This document shows, piece by piece, positions 10,454 to 20,796 of a stretch of DNA of 64,000 bases. Each line of letters begins with the position of its first letter. Position 1 is the first letter of the stretch. Source of the DNA: Hyaloraphidium curvatum SAG 235-1. Taxonomy: Eukaryota; Fungi; Monoblepharomycota. Below the pieces are notes generated by a model. The model was given only the letters and a program-made list of their open reading frames with translations. It did not search any database and had not been told where the DNA came from. Both the position numbers and the translations under genes were made by a program. The stretch spans positions 124,001-188,000 of the forward strand of contig JAIVFI010000039.1 in assembly GCA_025558095.1 (NCBI GenBank), given 5' to 3'.

Positions 10454-11995
10454 ATGGCCTGCGAGTCCGCCGCCGCCGACCTCTCCGGGGACAAACCCCG
10501 TCCCGCGCCCTTTTTCACGCCGCCCGAATGGCTGGCCCTGTTCCCGTCCCGCGTGGAGCGGGCCCCGGGGAGCGTCTGGGACGCCGTGGCGGGATCCGAC
10601 CCCCTCTCCGCGATGCCGGACCGGGTGCCGCTGGCGCGATCCGCGCTGCTCGCCGAGCTGGGCGGGGCGTCGACGGCCGCGGGGTTCCTCGTGGGGCTGC
10701 AGTTCCGGCTGCAGCCCTTCGCGGCGCGGCTGTGGGCGCGCATGCTGCCGTATCTCGCCCTGTTCGTCGCCGTGTTCGACCTCGCGTGGGTCTTCAACGA
10801 CGGCCGCTTCGGCACCGCGCAGCTCGTGGCCGCCACCGTCGCCTTCAACATGGCCGTGGTGGTGTTCGGCGCCGTGCTGCCGCTCAGCGCGTCGTACCGC
10901 TCGAGCTTCCGCCCCCGATCCCCCGCATCGCCCCGGATCCAACCGGCGGACGACGAGTCGGGCCACGCGTTCGCGGGGATCGCACGGTTCCGCCAGCTGG
11001 ACCGCGCCGAGGGCCGGGAGTCGCGGCTGCTCGCCCACGACGCGCGCGACCCCCTTTGCCCCTGCCCCCTCCCGGGCTGCGCCGGCAGGACCTTGTCGAG
11101 GGCCGGAACGCTGCGCGCCCTGGATTGCGCGTTCCGGATCCCGCTGCTGGTGCTGTTGATTGTCGGCGTCGAATGGACGAGCGTGGTGACGCTGGGCGAC
11201 CGCCTGTGGGCCACCTGGTACGGCGCCACCCTGGCGGCGCTTTTCTTCGCAAGCGCCGCGGTGCTGCACGCGCCCAACCTGCTTGGACGGACGCCGGCCA
11301 ACGTCGCCACGCTCGGGCTGGGCCTGAGGTTGCACCAGCGGGCCGTGACGATCGCGCTCCGTTCGATGCTGCTGCGCTACTCGGACGCCCTGTTTCCCGA
11401 TCCCGACGCTGGCGGCCCCGGAAAGTTCCCCGATCCCGGTCCGGGCGCCCAGGACGAACCGTACCTCGTCCTGCACGCCGCTCTGGCCTCCACGTGGCGC
11501 TCCCGCCTCCCCTTCCTCTCCTCCGGCGGCCCGCTGATCCTCAGCGTGTTTCCCGTCTCCGCCATCCCCCTCGTCGCCAACGCCATCGCGGGGGGCTGCA
11601 TCCCGGCATTCACGCTGTACACGCTGCTCTACCTGCTCTACGCGCTGGCCCTGGACGTCGTCAACCTGGCCGCCGCGAACGCGCAGATCGCCGCGGTGAC
11701 GGAGAAGTTCCTGGACGCCTCGGACGCCGCGCGGACCCTCCTTGCGCGGGCGCAGCAGCGCCCCGCTCCCCTTGCTGATCCCGCGGCCGCGGGCGCGCTG
11801 GCCAACCACGCCGGGCTCCTCGTGCAGTGCGCCGACGCGGAGAGGTTCAAGGGGCGGCTGTTCGGGTTCGCCGTGGACGCCGGGGTCGTGAGGAGCGCGT
11901 TCCTGACCTCGTTCACGGCCGCGGTGGGGTTCGTCTCGCTGCTCAAGGCCGCAGGGCTGTCGTTCACCCTGGACGCGGTCTGTCCGTCGCCGTGA
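10454..11995 (+). CDS. 7TM receptor-like family copy 2 (intact, intronless, 513 aa)
   Basis: Uninterrupted ORF with seven hydrophobic segments, all family motifs, and C-terminal RLFGFAVDAGVVRSAFLTSFTAAVGFVSLLK. Confidence 0.8.
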   Translation: MACESAAADLSGDKPRPAPFFTPPEWLALFPSRVERAPGSVWDAVAGSDPLSAMPDRVPLARSALLAELGGASTAAGFLVGLQFRLQPFAARLWARMLPYLALFVAVFDLAWVFNDGRFGTAQLVAATVAFNMAVVVFGAVLPLSASYRSSFRPRSPASPRIQPADDESGHAFAGIARFRQLDRAEGRESRLLAHDARDPLCPCPLPGCAGRTLSRAGTLRALDCAFRIPLLVLLIVGVEWTSVVTLGDRLWATWYGATLAALFFASAAVLHAPNLLGRTPANVATLGLGLRLHQRAVTIALRSMLLRYSDALFPDPDAGGPGKFPDPGPGAQDEPYLVLHAALASTWRSRLPFLSSGGPLILSVFPVSAIPLVANAIAGGCIPAFTLYTLLYLLYALALDVVNLAAANAQIAAVTEKFLDASDAARTLLARAQQRPAPLADPAAAGALANHAGLLVQCADAERFKGRLFGFAVDAGVVRSAFLTSFTAAVGFVSLLKAAGLSFTLDAVCPSP

Positions 11996-12290
11996 ACGGC
12001 GGCGATCGGGTGGTCTTCGGGGGGCGGGGCTCCGTTGCAAGCATGCGATTGGGCTTGAGACGGCGTGTCGGCAATATTACATTGCCGCTGCGGCCGAGAG
12101 CGTTGAACATTGTCCGGGCAGAGAGAGCATCCAGCGCGGCGGCCCCAGTTGTGGGGCTGGGAACGGGTTCGGATGCGTTGCGCCGAGTCCGATGCTCGCC
12201 CCGAATCCGGCACCCTGCTCCGTGTCGGCGCACGCCCCGCGGGCCCGTCGCGATGCGGGCACGCCACGCCCCGGCAGCCTCGGCGCCGTG

Positions 12291-13421
12291 ATGGAGACCG
12301 CGGACACCGCTCGCCGCGGGTCGCCCGGCGCGTTCGGCGCGCTGCCGCACGAGCTGCTCGTCCGCCTCCTGGCCTTCCTCGCCGCGGACCCCGTCGCCCT
12401 CTTTGCCGCGCGCGCCGCGTCGCCCGCGCTCCGCATCGCCGCGTCGGACCCGTCGCTGTGGCGCGAACTCTCCGTAACGCACGAGCTCGGCCGCCGGGCG
12501 CGCCACGAAATCAAGGCGGTCCACACCGTGCTGGCCGAGGAGGTCATCGACCTCCTGCAATGCTGCGCCGATCTCGCGGCCGCCCAGGGCGTTGCCGGGA
12601 TTCGCTCCGCCCTCTTCGACTTTCGCCGCGACGCGTTCGCCCCACGCGAATCCTCGGCCATCCTCGCAACCTTGGCGGGACGACACGGCGCGTGGTTGGA
12701 GCGTCTCCACGTGCCCGACACCTCTGAGCTGCCCTTTGCCGCGCTGGAGGCGTTCCTGGCGCACCCGCCGCCCCGGCTGGCCGAGCTGGACCTGTTCCTC
12801 TCCCCGCCGTCGGGAGACGTCGTTTCGGACAGCCAGTGGCGCTCCCTCGGCGCCCTCATTTTCGCGCATCCCCTGCGCAAGCTCGCCCTGCGCGGGCCCG
12901 AGGGCATCGCCTCAGTCCTGCGCCGCAGCTCCGCATGCCCCACCCTCGAAGCCCTGCACCTCGCCGAATCCGCGTGCGAAACCCTGCCGCCGTACCTGGC
13001 GGCCAGCTTCCCGCGCCTCGCCGAACTGTCCCTCGAAGCTCCCTACCTGTACGCCGTCGGCGGCGCCTCCTCCTGGGCCTCGCGGGGCATCGCGCCCAAC
13101 CTCCCCGCGACCGTCCGTCTGCTCCGCGCCGACATGAGCGACACCGACGCCCCCGATCACGAAGCCTCGGGGTTCCTGCGTGCCTTCTCATCCCGCGGAC
13201 AATTCGACGGCGTGGAGGAGCTGGAGCTGGCCGTGCAGGCGTTGGAGATGACGGTCGGGGAGGCGGAGGAGGTGCTGCGGGGGTTGTGGGCTGCGAGGGA
13301 GTCCAGGCGCGGGAGGGAGCAGGGGTGGAGGGCGCTGCGGAAGGTGACGATCACCGCAGAGGGGAGGGCGATCGTGTCCGAGGGACCGGGAATGACGGTG
13401 GAGTGCTTTCCAAACGAATGA
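12291..13421 (+). CDS. F-box / leucine-rich-repeat-like protein
   Basis: N-terminal FGALPHELLVRLLAFL...DPSLWREL F-box pattern followed by LxxLxL repeats. Confidence 0.7.
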   Translation: METADTARRGSPGAFGALPHELLVRLLAFLAADPVALFAARAASPALRIAASDPSLWRELSVTHELGRRARHEIKAVHTVLAEEVIDLLQCCADLAAAQGVAGIRSALFDFRRDAFAPRESSAILATLAGRHGAWLERLHVPDTSELPFAALEAFLAHPPPRLAELDLFLSPPSGDVVSDSQWRSLGALIFAHPLRKLALRGPEGIASVLRRSSACPTLEALHLAESACETLPPYLAASFPRLAELSLEAPYLYAVGGASSWASRGIAPNLPATVRLLRADMSDTDAPDHEASGFLRAFSSRGQFDGVEELELAVQALEMTVGEAEEVLRGLWAARESRRGREQGWRALRKVTITAEGRAIVSEGPGMTVECFPNE

Positions 13422-13473
13422 GGTGTTCCTACGGTACACCATGCCCAGAACTTGAAGCCCCGAAAGAATCCCG

Positions 13474-14751
13474 CTACAGGCTCGCCCTCGGCTTTCCCCG
13501 CGTGATCCCACCCTCCGCCTCCATCCCGGCGATCTCCTCGTCGCCCAGCCCCAGCCAGCGGAGCACCTCCTCCGTGTGCTGCCCCAGCCCCGGCGCCCTT
13601 TCCAGGGCCCTCCTCCTGGCGCCGGGGAAATCGAGCGGCGAGGTCACCGTGAGCCCCGTGCCGTCGGCGTAGGGCCCGTAGATCCCCGCCTCGCGCGCGT
13701 GCGCCGACCCCGCGGCGTCGGAGAGGGTGGCGATGAGCCCGTAGGGCACCCTTGCGGCGTCGAACCGCGCGGCGATCTCGTCGCGGTCGAATTCGGCGAA
13801 CCTGGCGTCGAGGATCCGGATGATCTCGGCCGAGTTGGCCAGGCGGCCCTCGTGCGTGGCGATGCGCGGGTCCGCGGCCAGGCCGGGGTCGCCGAGGGCT
13901 TCGAACAGGGGGCCGAAGATGTCGGGGGCGAGGACGACCAGCTGCAGCCATCTGCCGCAGCGGCACCGATAAGTGTTGAGCGTGGGGTAGGGCGCCTCGG
14001 TTCGGGGGCGGATGGGCTGCTCTGTAGCGCCGTCGAAGCGACCCTGCAGGGCCGTGCCGTTGCTCCAGACGCCGTTGTGGAACAGGTTCGTGCCGACCAC
14101 GCGGCCGCGGCCGTCGACCGAACGGGCGTAGAGGCCCGCGGAGATCGCAGCAACCATGCTCATCGCAGTTGCATGATCGCCCATCGCGCCGACGGCAAGG
14201 CTCGGCGGCGCGTCGGGATGCGGCTTCACCACATCCTGCATCCCCGAGGCGGCCCACCACGCGGTGGCGTCGAAGCCGGGCTTGTGCCTGTCGGGCCCGG
14301 TCTCGCCGTAGCCCGTCAGCGAGGCGTAGATCAGCCGTGGGTTGCGGGCGAGCATCGTCGCGGCGTCGATGCCGAGCCGCTCGCGCGCGGCGAGGGGGGT
14401 GTTGGTGACGAGCACGTCGGCGCGCTCGACGAGGCGGAAGAAGGCGGACAGCGCGCCCTTGTGCCGCAGGTTCAGGGCGACGGAGCGGCGGCCCTTGCCC
14501 TCGAAGTCGAAGATGAAGGGCGGGTCCCCGGGCCGGGAGATGTTGCGGAAGTTGTCGCCCTCGGTGGGCTCCACCTTGATCACCTGTACAGGGCGAGCGG
14601 CGTTGGGGGGTTGGTACGGTGCTGGCCGCGGGAGCGGAGAACCGCCCACCTCGGCGCCCCACTCGGCGAGCACCGTCGACGTCGACGGCCCGGCGGCGTA
14701 CTGCGTCGCGTCGATGACGAGCAGCCCTTCGAACGGGAGCCTCGTAGCCAT
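13474..14751 (-). CDS. CoA-transferase family III (CaiB/BaiF)
   Basis: Motifs AAGP...LAEWGAEVIKVEP (after removing in-frame intron 14584-14649), ADVLVTN, NPRLIYASLTGYG, PGFD and APGLGQHTEEVL. Confidence 0.92.
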   Translation of the reverse strand: MATRLPFEGLLVIDATQYAAGPSTSTVLAEWGAEVGGSPLPRPAPYQPPNAARPVQVIKVEPTEGDNFRNISRPGDPPFIFDFEGKGRRSVALNLRHKGALSAFFRLVERADVLVTNTPLAARERLGIDAATMLARNPRLIYASLTGYGETGPDRHKPGFDATAWWAASGMQDVVKPHPDAPPSLAVGAMGDHATAMSMVAAISAGLYARSVDGRGRVVGTNLFHNGVWSNGTALQGRFDGATEQPIRPRTEAPYPTLNTYRCRCGRWLQLVVLAPDIFGPLFEALGDPGLAADPRIATHEGRLANSAEIIRILDARFAEFDRDEIAARFDAARVPYGLIATLSDAAGSAHAREAGIYGPYADGTGLTVTSPLDFPGARRRALERAPGLGQHTEEVLRWLGLGDEEIAGMEAEGGITRGKPRASL

Positions 14752-15329
14752 GCTTGTGCGTCTTGGACAGCGGTTTGCTTCCTGGTGTTGGTGTCTCCCG
14801 GCAGAGATGCGCCACAAACGCCGCCGCAAGGATCCGATTTGCCGCATTGACTTTGCCCCACCAAAGTCCAAATCTCTATGGTCTCGCCACATGGCGTCGA
14901 CGAAATGATCATGCTCCCGGGCGAAAGTCCTGCGGGCAACGGCGTTCCGGGACGCGGGGGTCGCGCGCCCCGATCGTGTCCGCGCGGGCCGGGCGGAGCA
15001 GCGAGCTTCACACAGGACAGGCCGCTGATCCGCGGGCATCGGTGGCAATTTTAGCTTGTGCGAGGCGATCGAATGCAGGAAAGCGGGGGTACGTATTGCC
15101 TTTGGGCGCATGCCCATATCCAATGTATCGGGCCAGTGGAACCTTACCCAAACGCCTTCGCGCAGTGATGAATGGCAGCGATGGCAGTCTGCCGGCTGTC
15201 GTAACACCCTTGATTGCGCGGACCGCCTCCTGGCCGGTGCCGCATCCGTGGTCAGCAACGGCCATCGCCGTGCGGGGCTGGTGCAAGACCCACCCATCTC
15301 CCGCCCGAACCACGCCGGCCGATTCCGCG

Positions 15330-17263
15330 ATGGGGACGTGCCGTGTGCTTTTCCTCCTCCTCGCGCTCGCGCTGCTCTCTGCGCTCTCTGCGGACGGCGC
15401 CGAGCGCGGCCGCGGGGGCGGCGGGAAACCCCCCAAGTCGTCGTACGAGGCGTACGACGCGCCGCTGCCCGAGGACGGCGGCGGCGGCGGCGGCAGGGGG
15501 CCGCCCCGTGCGGGCGGCGGCGGCGGGGCGCCCGACGGCCCGGCATGTACGCCCGCGCGCTCGCAGCCCGCCGCGCTGAACCCGGCCGTGTCGCTGCCGA
15601 ACCGCGTGCTCCGCAACCGCGACCCGACGTTCCCGCCGCTCATCTACTTCGAGGTCGGCCGCGAGCTGGGCGGCGGCGCGTTCGGCAAGGTCATGCTGGC
15701 CTCGCTCAAGGCCGCGAAGCCGGCCGTGCTCGACACGCTCGAGGAGAAGCCCGCGCGCTTCTTCGCACTCAAGGAGCAGAGCTACGACCACGTGATCCCG
15801 TGCGGCAACGACCCGCGCCCCGCGATGGTGCGTCGGTCTTCGCGCACTGAGCCGCAGTTCGTGGGTTGCCCCCGCGTCCCTCCGCGATCACGATGTGTAG
15901 CCAACCGCTCCCCGGTTCTGCAGATGGAGCGGGTCAACGGCGGGCCGTACATCATCAGGTATTGGGGCTCGTGGTACAGCCGCAGCCTGGATGGCAAGAA
16001 AAAGCGGGCGCACTTCACGATCGCCATGTCCAAGGCGGTTTCGGACCTGGAGAGCGAGCTCCTTGGCACGGGGCGGTTCTACAAGCGCCCCGGGATCCCG
16101 GAGGACAAGGCCAGGATCATCATCGGGCAGCTCGTCATCGCCATCGGCTTCATGCACTCCAAGGGGATCATCCACCGCGACTTCAAGCCCGGCAACATCC
16201 TGCTCGACGCCAAGCGCCGGCCCATGGTCGCCGACTTTGGCTGCGCCATCGACGCCAACCGGGTGGAGCAGGACCTGTCCGAGGCCGGCGTGTGCGACTA
16301 CCGCATCCGTGCCCCCGAGGCCATGGTCTACCCCGCGTTCATCGACGCCCCCAAATGTGGGTTCCTCATTGGCGCGGGATTCCCCCGGCTGATTTTGCAC
16401 CCCCAACGCTCCAGACAGCTACGAAGCCGACTGGTGGTCGCTGGGCGTCGTCACGCACAACATCCTCACCGGCACCGGCCAGCTCGAGAGGGGCGACACC
16501 AACGGCCCCTTCGTGTCCCGGCTGGCCGGCATGGCCCGCTATTCCCAGTACTGGTACGACCAGCACAAGAACCAGGCGACGCCCCGGCGGGAGGACTACC
16601 TCGACCGTGCCAAGCTGGCCCGGCTGAGCCCCGACGCGCGGTCCTTTGTCCTGGCGCTGCTCGAGTTCGATCCGGCGCGCAGGCTGGGCACCTACTCGGG
16701 CGACGGCAAGAAAGGTGCGCGGTCCCCGCCGCCGCGCGCGACCGCGCTGATCCCCCGTGCCAGGCTGGGAAGCCGTCATGTGCCACCCGTTCCTCGCCCC
16801 CCTGGACCCGAACCGGCTCATGGCCGCCGGCGCCAGGCAGGCCGAGGAGCTCGGCGCGCCCCTCGTCTTCGACACGCGCACGGGGAAGCCGCCGAATCCC
16901 AAGGAGCCGCTCGAGGCGCAGCTCGCGCCCAAGGCGCCCAAGGTCAGCGAGGTGCGGGCGGCGCTCAAGGCGGCGTCGGACGACGCGTACGCGGCGTACG
17001 AGCACCTGGTCGAGGACAGGCAGCCGCCCAAGAAGGGGGCCGAGGATCCGTACCTCGAGTACGACGAGGCGGCGGACGGGGGCAAGGGCGGGGCGGCGTC
17101 GGGCGGCAAGAAGGGCTCCGGGGACGAGGGGGGCAGCTACGAAGAGTACGAAGAGCTGGCGGATGCGGCGCCCGTGGATCCGGCGCCGGCCAAGGGGGGG
17201 AAGAAGAGCGGGGGGAGGAAGCCGTCCAGGCGCGGGTTGGGGTGGGCGGCGCTGGCGAACTGA
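15330..17263 (+). CDS. Ser/Thr protein kinase (AGC-like) with N-terminal signal peptide, 4 exons
   Basis: Motifs LGGGAFGKV, FALK, HRDFKPGN, DFG, APE, DWWSLGV, LLEFDPARRLG and HPF. Introns at 15828-15923, about 16357-16414 and about 16714-16763. N-terminus MGTCRVLFLLLALALLSALSADG. Confidence 0.85.
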
Positions 17264-17622
17264 CCCCGCGGGGTTCGGGACTTTCGGGCGGGTTTCGGAG
17301 CCTTGGATGCAGGTCGAGCATGCCGGGGTCGGCACTTTCGGGGCAGTGCCGACCGCCTTCCTATTGTATCTAGCTGTTTGCTGTTCGCTTCTTGGCAATT
17401 GACACGGTTGCTGGTTCGCAATGTTGACCGCGCTGCATCGGTGTCGCAGCATCTTACAAGACATGACCTGAATAACCGATTATTGCCCATACCGGATGGC
17501 GATCCTCGTCCTGGGCTTGGAATCTTCTTTGGAAGCAGGGCGGATGCGATTGGGGGGCCGTCTTGGGGCCGTCTCCCACTCCGGAAAAAACACGCGTAAC
17601 TCGAGCCCCCCAACACGCAACG

Positions 17623-19257
17623 ATGGCCGCCCAGGAGATCAAGTACCCGCTGAAATGCAAGGCGGCGATCCTGACCGAGTGCGTGGCCCGCCGGCTTTGG
17701 CCCCGCTGCGCGTTCTGACCGCGCCGCGTCGCGGGGGACGGAACACCGCGACCTCAGGTACAACAAGCCGATGGAGATCAAGGAGGTCGAGTGGGACGGT
17801 GGACGGCGGTGAATCGCGTCGAATGGAAGCGTTGCTGACCGGGATGCGCTACAGAACCCAGGGCCAACGAGTGTGGGTCACTCGTGCCGGGGGGGACAAC
17901 GGGGTCGGGCGCCGGGACGCTGCCGGACAGCCCCCTCGGCGGCCATCTCCCGCGCTTGCCAATGGCTGACCATTGTTTGCGGCTCGTTAGGCCTCGTTCG
18001 CGTTCACACCACCGGGGTTTGCCACTCGTGGGGCCTCCCACCGTGCTCGGCCCCTTCACCGCTTATGTCCCCCTCCCTGCAGCGACCTGCACATCATGAA
18101 AGGAGACCTTTCGGCTTTCACCAGCGTGCCAATGTTGCTGGGCCATGAAGGTGCCGGCACGGTCGTCCAGGCCGGCCCGGGCGTCACGCGCCTCAAGAGC
18201 GGCGACAGGGTCATCTTCCTGTTCGTGCCCAACTGCGGGATCTGCGGGCAGTGCCAGATCGGGCGCCCCGGCAATTGCCAGGGCCGCCGCGCGACCTCCG
18301 GTGCCTCGCACGACGGGACCTTCCGCGTGAGGCTGGACGGCAAGGGCCTGCCCAGGATGACGTCGCTCGGCCTGTTCTCCGAGTACGTCGTGGTCTCGGC
18401 CGAGCAGCTGGTCCACGTCACGGACGACGAGGTGCCGCTCGACCGCTGCGCCCTCGTGGGCTGCTCCGTCATGACCGGTGTTGGCGCCGCCATGAACACG
18501 GCCAAAGTCGAGGTGATTGATCAACCGTGGCACGAACTCTTTCTTCGTCCCTGACGCGCCTTCTCTTTCTTCCCCCCCCTTTGCTCCCGCTGACAGATGG
18601 GCTCGACCGTTGCCGTGGTTGGCTGCGGCGGTGTCGGCCTCAACGTAATCCAGGGCGCACGCAACCTGAACGCCGCCACCATCATCGGCATCGACTTGCT
18701 CGACAACAAGCTCGAGTACGCGAAGCAGTTCGGGTGAGCATCTTTCGCCTGGCCGCACCGTGACCGAGCGAGCTCATTTCGGGCCACCCACAGCGCCACC
18801 CACGTCATCAACGGCAAGGACAAGGACACCGTAGCCGAGGTCCTCAAGATCTGCCCCAACGGCGTGGACTACGCCTTCGACGCCATCGGCAATAGCAAGG
18901 TGCTCGAGCAGATCTTCAACATGCTGACCCCCGGCGGGTCGGCCATCGAAGTCGGCGTCGCGCCCCAGCAACAGATGTCGAGCCTCTCGCCGCTCATGCT
19001 CAACCTCAAGGAACTCAAGATCCTCGGGTCGATGTACGGCAGCGCCCGTCCCCAGCTCGACATGCCGAGGCTGCTGGCGCTCTACAAGCAGGGTGGGTTC
19101 GGCCGGGCTGCCCATTGGACTTTCCGCCTCACTCTCCTGGCCAGGCCGCCTGAAGCTCGACGAGCTCATCTCTAAGACCTTCACGCTGGAGCAGATCAAC
19201 GAGGGCTTCGAGGAGCTCAAGGCAGGCGGTATCGCGCGTGGCGTTATCAAGATGTGA
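17623..19257 (+). CDS. Zn-dependent alcohol dehydrogenase (MDR, class III-like), many exons including an 18-nt microexon (17855-17872)
   Basis: GVCHSDLH assembled across an intron; GHEGAG, structural Zn site CGICGQC...[11 protein letters not shown] and GCGGVG. Confidence 0.9.
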
Positions 19258-19400
19258 TGTAAGAGACGCGGAAAATCTTTTCCTTTTCATCTCCCGTTTG
19301 GATCGATCGCCAGGTAGAGGCGGCGGCGGCGGAGCTCGGCCGTGGGCTGGCCCCCGCAAGTCGCGCCTAAACTTTGTTTCGCAACCCACTTCCCGACCAA

Positions 19401-20600
19401 ATGCTCTCGCGATTGAAGCCCGGGACGCGTCATTCTTTGCTTTCGCGCCCTGCGCGTGGTCTGCTGCTTCCGCGCCGAGGCAACGCGCCGCCGCGGGCTG
19501 CTTTCGCGTCCGCCGCGCGGTCGCTCCCGCTGGCGCATGGCGCGCCCATCGCCGTCGTAGGGGGCTCGGGCTTCGTCGGCCGCAATATTGTCCGGCTGCT
19601 CAAGGAAAGCGGCGAGACGGAGGTCGTGAACATCGACCTCGCTCCGCCTCCGGACCTCTATACCGCCGATGCCCCACTCGTCAAGGCGGACGTCACGGAC
19701 CCGAAGGCAATAAAAGCCGCGCTAGCGAGGCAGCCCGGCGAGAGGCCATTCGGGGCCGTGTTCCACGTCGCCGCGTACCTGTCGTTCATGGACCGCTTTC
19801 CCTCGGAGCTTCCGAAATCCATGGCCGTCAACGTCGGAGGAACCAAGAACGTGATCGAGGCCTGCAGGGAGCTGAGCATACCGTACCTTGTGCAGACAAG
19901 CACCTCGCATGTCTGCGTCGGGCAGGACATCTGCCCGATTCTGGACGGCGACGAGTCGACACCCTACACGGAGAAGCCCGTGAACCACTACTCTCTTTCG
20001 AAGGTACTAGCGGAAAAGGCCACCCTGGAGGGCGACGGCGCCTCCCTTGCCTCCGGCAACGGAACCCTCGCGACCGCCTCGGTACGGCCGACTTCGAGCG
20101 TTTTCGGCTTCCTGGATGCCATCTCAACGGAGAGCTACATCCGAGTTCGGACGATGTTCCCTCCGGTGAGGCCCGAGAACAAGATTGACTTTGTGCACGT
20201 CGAGAACGTGGCCTTGGGACACCTCCTTGCGATGCACGCGCTCCGTTCGGGAACTCCGGGCGTGCGCGGCCGCGCTTTCTTTGTTTCAAACGACGAACCC
20301 ATGTCGTTCCCTGAGTACGCTGTGCTGCTATCTTCGCATATCCCATCGTTCAGAACGATTGATACCCGGGTCATCTACCCGATGTATGCCCTATCCGACG
20401 TCTTCCGGCGCTTCGGAGGACGGTTGCCAGGGGACATGGGGATCCTCAGCCTCGCGGTCTGGAAACTGCACAACTTCGAGTATACTTTCAGCTGTACAAG
20501 GGCGAAGAGCGTGCTGGGATACAAGCCCATGTTCAGTGTGTCCGAGGCCTTGGACCGGACGATGCGGCAGTACAACGATGCCGGGATGCTGGCTGGATAG
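19401..20600 (+). CDS. 3-beta-hydroxysteroid dehydrogenase/NSDHL-like extended SDR, tandem copy 1
   Basis: Motifs GGSGFVG, VFHVAA, VNVGGTKNVI, YSLSK and DFVHVENVALGH; intronless. Confidence 0.85.
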   Translation: MLSRLKPGTRHSLLSRPARGLLLPRRGNAPPRAAFASAARSLPLAHGAPIAVVGGSGFVGRNIVRLLKESGETEVVNIDLAPPPDLYTADAPLVKADVTDPKAIKAALARQPGERPFGAVFHVAAYLSFMDRFPSELPKSMAVNVGGTKNVIEACRELSIPYLVQTSTSHVCVGQDICPILDGDESTPYTEKPVNHYSLSKVLAEKATLEGDGASLASGNGTLATASVRPTSSVFGFLDAISTESYIRVRTMFPPVRPENKIDFVHVENVALGHLLAMHALRSGTPGVRGRAFFVSNDEPMSFPEYAVLLSSHIPSFRTIDTRVIYPMYALSDVFRRFGGRLPGDMGILSLAVWKLHNFEYTFSCTRAKSVLGYKPMFSVSEALDRTMRQYNDAGMLAG

Positions 20601-20796
20601 TTCGTGCTCAATTCCTGCGGCGGGGAGACATCACCAGGTTAGAAGCAGACTAGATGCAGTATGGAATTCCTCGCCCATGTCCAGTCCGTTTGTCGGCCTG
20701 GGCTATGGTCGTGTCGTTGGCGCAAGGGGCCATCGGGCGGCGTTGCGCCAAGCATTTCGCCTAAATTTGAGCACTTCCAACCCACACCGGACCGCA

